Source: Planctomycetota bacterium
GTDB lineage: Bacteria > Planctomycetota > B15-G4 > SIAN01
Direction: 5' to 3'
NCBI GenBank assembly: GCA_031409275.1
Contig: JANNXA010000010.1
Location: 128,001 to 192,000, forward strand
Length of the DNA: 64,000 bases
The notes below the pieces were generated by a model. The model was not told where the DNA came from, did no database searches, and saw only the letters and a program-made list of their open reading frames with translations. Below are positions 60,382 to 64,000 of the stretch, in pieces. How positions within the stretch are numbered: the first letter of the stretch is position 1; every line of letters begins with the position of its first letter. Position numbers and translations under genes: made by a program.

Positions 60382-61173
60382 TCAGTCGCGCAGCTGCGAA
60401 AGCCGCTCGTGGACGCGTCGACATTGCGGCAGCAGCGCGCGCGCCGCCTCGAGGTGACGCCGAGCCACGGCGAACTGCGGCGGATCGAGTGCGGGCAGCC
60501 ACCATCCGAGCAGCAGGTGCAGCGCCGCGTCGTCCGGCCACTCGATCGCTCCGCTCTCCCACGCCGACAACGCGTCGATCGGCTCGCCCACGCGCGCCAT
60601 CGCCAGCCCGAGCAACGCGCTCGTGCGCGGCGACTCCGGCACCGGGCCTGCATCAGCGCCCAGCATGCGGATCTCGGTCGCCCCATTCGCCAGCAGCGCG
60701 GCTCGGATCGCATCGCGCGTCGGATCGGGATCGAGCAAGCGCGCCACCTTCGTCCGCGCGTCGCGCTGCGCTCGATGATCGGCCCGATGGCACGCCTCCG
60801 CCCAGCCATCGAACAGGCCGGCCAGCGCAGCGGGCCGCCCGAACGCCAGCGCGACGGACGCCGCGCGCTCTTCGTGGCCGACCTCGACGGCGAGTCCGTG
60901 GCGAGCGAACGCCAGATCGAGCTGCGACTCGAAGATCGCCCACGCCGCCACTCCTGCGTGGAGCGGGTCGGGCACCGTCATCTCGGCGAGCTCCAACGTC
61001 AGCGCGGCGAGGTCGGGTGCGCGGCGCGCGGAGTCGCTTGCAACCGGCGACTCGTCGCGTGGTGAGGCGCCGCGACCGAGCAGCCAACCGAGGACGCCGC
61101 TGCCGCATGCGAACGCCAGCGTGTGGAGCACGAGACGCGCGATCGGCAACGGCGGCGAGCGACGCTCACTCAT
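60382..61173 (-). CDS. Membrane-anchored TPR-like helical protein
   Basis: N-terminal TM; 'FDGWA.......VARLLDPDPTRDAIRAAL' followed by TPR-like helices. Confidence 0.6.
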   Translation of the reverse strand: MSERRSPPLPIARLVLHTLAFACGSGVLGWLLGRGASPRDESPVASDSARRAPDLAALTLELAEMTVPDPLHAGVAAWAIFESQLDLAFARHGLAVEVGHEERAASVALAFGRPAALAGLFDGWAEACHRADHRAQRDARTKVARLLDPDPTRDAIRAALLANGATEIRMLGADAGPVPESPRTSALLGLAMARVGEPIDALSAWESGAIEWPDDAALHLLLGWWLPALDPPQFAVARRHLEAARALLPQCRRVHERLSQLRD

Positions 61174-62827
61174 CGCGCTTCTCGCCACCGGCCTCGTCCT
61201 TCATTGGGGGGTGCGGGACTTCGATCCCGAGCAGCGCCGCCGCCTCCGCATGCAGCCGTAGGTACTCCGCATCGCGCCGCTCGACCACCGCTTCCGCCGA
61301 CTCGAAGTGGCGAAGCGCTCCGGCCGGGTCGCCGAGTTGCTGGCGCGTCATCGCCAGGAAAAGGTGATCGAGCGGTCCACCGCCGCGCGGCATCTCGAGC
61401 ACGATTTCGAGGACGGCGAGCGCCTGGTCGAAGTCGCCGAGCCGATACCAGGCGACCCCCAGCGTGTTGCGATACCACGCGCTCTCCGGATCGAGCGCGC
61501 ACGCGCGCTGCGCCAGCGTCAACGCCTGTCCAGGTCGTCGCAGCGACGGATCGCCGCTGTTGGCAAGCTCCCACGCCAGGTCGTTCACGATCTCCGCTTC
61601 GTACGGCGCGCTCCGCAGCGCTTCGCGCAACCCCGCGATCGCCTCGGCGAAGCGGCCGCGCGCAGCGAGCGACGCGGAGTGGTGGTCGCGCAACGACGGG
61701 TGATCCGGGTGGAGCGCGATGGAGGCGTCGAGCAGCGCGTCGGCTCGTTCGCGATTGCCCGACTCCAGGTAGGCGCGCGCCATCTCGTCTCTCGCGACCG
61801 GGTCGTCCGCGATCTCGAGCGCACGCTGGCACGCCGCGATGGCGCGGTAGTAGTCACCTTCCTCGAGCCACGAACTGCCGATCGCCGCGGCGGCGCGCGC
61901 GAGGCCGGGATCGAGCTTCAGCGCCTGCTCGAAGCGACCGCGCGCCTCGTCGAAGTAGCGGCCGCGCAGCAGCGCGAAGCCGAGCCCGAGAGCGACGTCG
62001 GCCGACGCCGGCAGCCGCCGCTCCGCCGCCTGCATCAGAGCGATCGCATCCGAGGCGCGGTCGCTCGCAAGCAGCAGGTGCAGCTCGAGGAACAGGGCGC
62101 GCTTCGCGGCCGGTCGCAGCGCGAGCGCGCCGGCCAACCACTCGCGCGCGCGACCATTGGCGGCAGCGCCTTGATCGAGCAGGAGCTCGGCAGCGACGAC
62201 ACGCAGCTCGTAGTCGTCCGGCACCGTGTCGACGACCCGTTCGAGCACTCTCAGCGCCGCGTCGGCCTCATCGATCTCCGCGAGGAGCGTGGCCAGCAGC
62301 GTCGCGGTCGCAGCGGGCCACGTCGCATCGAACGAGGCGGACGCGAAACGGCGCAGCGCCTCGAGATCGCCGTTCGCCGCACGCAGTCCGACGCGCAGCG
62401 GATCGGGGTCGGCGGCGTCGGCCTGAGCGCGGAGTCGCTGCGCCGCGTCGGCATCGCCCGCACGTCGCTCGAGCCGGGCGGCGGCATCGAACGCGGGCGC
62501 GAGCGCGGCGCTTCGCAAGACGGCCGGAGGCAGAGCAGCGAGCGCGGCACCGAGCCGTTGCGCCTTCACTCGCGGAGTCGGCCACCGCTCGACACGCGCT
62601 TGTGCCGCATCGCACGCCTCGAGCGCGGCAAGCTCGTCGGCGGAGAGAGTCGGAGCCATCGCCGCGGGCGAATCCGAACCTCGCCCGGCGCGCGAAGTCG
62701 CGGGAGTCGCGGGCGCGTGGACGAGTCGCGAAAGCGCGAAGCTCCCGGCGCCGGTGACACCAACCACCAGCACGATCGCCAGCGCAATGCCTGGGTTCGC
62801 TTCGCGGCTCACGGACGGTTCGGCCAT
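61166..62827 (-). CDS. Membrane-anchored TPR-repeat protein
   Basis: N-terminal TM; 'ADPDPLRVGLRAA'; about 7 TPRs; 'NDLAWELA...', 'NTLGVAWYRLG', 'FLAM...QLG'. Confidence 0.8.
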   Translation of the reverse strand: MAEPSVSREANPGIALAIVLVVGVTGAGSFALSRLVHAPATPATSRAGRGSDSPAAMAPTLSADELAALEACDAAQARVERWPTPRVKAQRLGAALAALPPAVLRSAALAPAFDAAARLERRAGDADAAQRLRAQADAADPDPLRVGLRAANGDLEALRRFASASFDATWPAATATLLATLLAEIDEADAALRVLERVVDTVPDDYELRVVAAELLLDQGAAANGRAREWLAGALALRPAAKRALFLELHLLLASDRASDAIALMQAAERRLPASADVALGLGFALLRGRYFDEARGRFEQALKLDPGLARAAAAIGSSWLEEGDYYRAIAACQRALEIADDPVARDEMARAYLESGNRERADALLDASIALHPDHPSLRDHHSASLAARGRFAEAIAGLREALRSAPYEAEIVNDLAWELANSGDPSLRRPGQALTLAQRACALDPESAWYRNTLGVAWYRLGDFDQALAVLEIVLEMPRGGGPLDHLFLAMTRQQLGDPAGALRHFESAEAVVERRDAEYLRLHAEAAALLGIEVPHPPMKDEAGGEKRDE

Positions 62828-62873
62828 GCCTTCGTACTGCCTCCGAAAGCGCGCACCATAGTCGCGCGGTTCG

Positions 62874-63033
62874 CAGCCCGATGGAAAACTCTCCGTGTCG
62901 CCCGGCGGCGTCTTTCAACCCGGCACTTCGTCGGAAGCTCTCGACAACTCCGTTCGAAGTTGGCTTCGAGCCTCCTCCTCGTCCCGACTCGAAATCCGCT
63001 CGCCGGACTCCCGACGACTTCTCCAACGGGCTG
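62874..63033. mobile_element. MITE-like non-autonomous element (IS5/IS1182-like ends)
   Basis: Imperfect 17-bp terminal inverted repeats CAGCCCGATGGAAAACT ... ACTTCTCCAACGGGCTG (14/17 match), followed by TTAG; no transposase. Confidence 0.5.
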
Positions 63034-63080
63034 TTAGAAAAGCCGCGCGACGCACCTGCCGCTCGCCACCGGAACCTCTG

Positions 63081-64000
63081 ATGCAAGTCCTCGAGCTCGC
63101 CCTTCCCGTCCTGGCTGCTCTCGCGCTTTCGCGCCAGGAGTTGCCCCTCCCCGCCGATGTGCTGCGCCTGCACTACCGCCAGCGCAGCGCGCCGGAAGAG
63201 GCGCTGCGACTCGGCAACGGACGGCTCGAAGCGCGTTGCTTCGGCGTCGCGCGCCAGCCGCGATGGTCGCTCGCCCATCACGGCATCGAGCGGATCGAGG
63301 CGGGCGTGGTCGAGATCGACTTCACCGAGGGTGGCGCCACCCTCGACGAAGAGCATCAGCTCCTATTCGACCAAGGAGTCGTCACCGCGACCTTCAGTGA
63401 CGGCGACCACCGCTTCCTTTGCGACAGCTTCGTCAGCCACGCCGATCCGCTGCTGGTGATCCGCCTGCGCAAAGAGGGCGGCCCCTTCTCGCTGCGCATC
63501 GGATGGCGCGACGCCGAGCGCTCCCCGGCGGTCGTCGCCGGCAACGACCGGCTGGTGATGGAGCGCGCGTCCCACCATGGAGCGCTGCAGATCAAGAGCG
63601 TCGGCGGCGTGCTCGCGAGCGACGGCACGACGCTCACCGCGACGGGCGTCTATGCCCTCGTCGTGCACTGCACGGTGGAGCCGAACGATCTGGCGGGCAC
63701 CGGCGCGCGCGCGATCGACGCGACGCTCGCGGCCGCCAGCGCACTTCCCTTCGACGATCTGATCGCGCGCCACGAGGAGGCGCGCGAGCTGCTGCTTGGC
63801 GACTTCGCGCTCGAACTCGGCGAGGTGAGCGACCTGCAACGCCGACGACTCGCGGCGACCGATCAGCGGCTGCGCGTCGTCGCGTCGGGTGCCGAGGATC
63901 CCGACCTGGTCGCCGCCTGGTTCCTCATGGCGCGCCATCGCCTCGCCTGCAGCGGACCGCTGCCGGACGAGCGGCGCGCCGCCGCGAGCTTGCTGGCCAC
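63081..64000 (+). CDS. GH95 (alpha-L-fucosidase)-like protein, N-terminal part (partial, runs off right edge)
   Basis: Not in the ORF track. Read manually from ATG 63081: signal-like N-terminus, 'EALRLGNGRL', 'FVSHAD.LLVIRL', 'FDDLIARH', 'TDQRL....EDPDLVA.WF..ARH'. Confidence 0.65.
   Translation, partial: MQVLELALPVLAALALSRQELPLPADVLRLHYRQRSAPEEALRLGNGRLEARCFGVARQPRWSLAHHGIERIEAGVVEIDFTEGGATLDEEHQLLFDQGVVTATFSDGDHRFLCDSFVSHADPLLVIRLRKEGGPFSLRIGWRDAERSPAVVAGNDRLVMERASHHGALQIKSVGGVLASDGTTLTATGVYALVVHCTVEPNDLAGTGARAIDATLAAASALPFDDLIARHEEARELLLGDFALELGEVSDLQRRRLAATDQRLRVVASGAEDPDLVAAWFLMARHRLACSGPLPDERRAAASLLA

Overview
High-GC (roughly 70%, judged by eye), gene-dense bacterial chromosomal window. 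The gene repertoire (Ser/Thr kinase-ECF sigma pairs, HEAT-vWA protein, carboxypeptidase-regulatory-like protein, kinase-type TPR proteins, many secreted hydrolases) looks like Planctomycetota; this is inference. It holds about 45 CDS and one tRNA-Arg(CCT); I found no CRISPR array, rRNA or intact transposase. Main blocks: (1) 4.4-15 kb, a peptidoglycan/MurNAc salvage region with two NamZ (DUF1343) paralogues, one fused to an FG-GAP/AUDH-like propeller and a serine hydrolase, plus an SSS transporter and a MurQ-sugar kinase fusion. (2) 33.3-47.9 kb, a tightly coupled minus-strand chain: type III PKS > kinase-FGE > ECF sigma > signal-peptide RHS protein > mini YD-repeat protein with a CFI-box-CTERM anchor > GT4 > nucleotidyltransferase-like > DUF2306-like > membrane sulfatase-like enzyme. 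The RHS protein lacks the DPxG autoprotease motifs and has a C-terminal CxxCH. This chain is the best candidate for an undescribed system. (3) Other oddities: a free-standing archaeal-type ThrRS editing domain, a TMTC-like GT-C, a serine hydrolase-VanX fusion, a Rok-like coiled-coil/wHTH protein, kinase-less TPR paralogues, a ~160-bp MITE-like element and a long intergenic hairpin. All family calls come from motif recognition by eye; no searches were run, and start codons were chosen by RBS or overlap and may shift.
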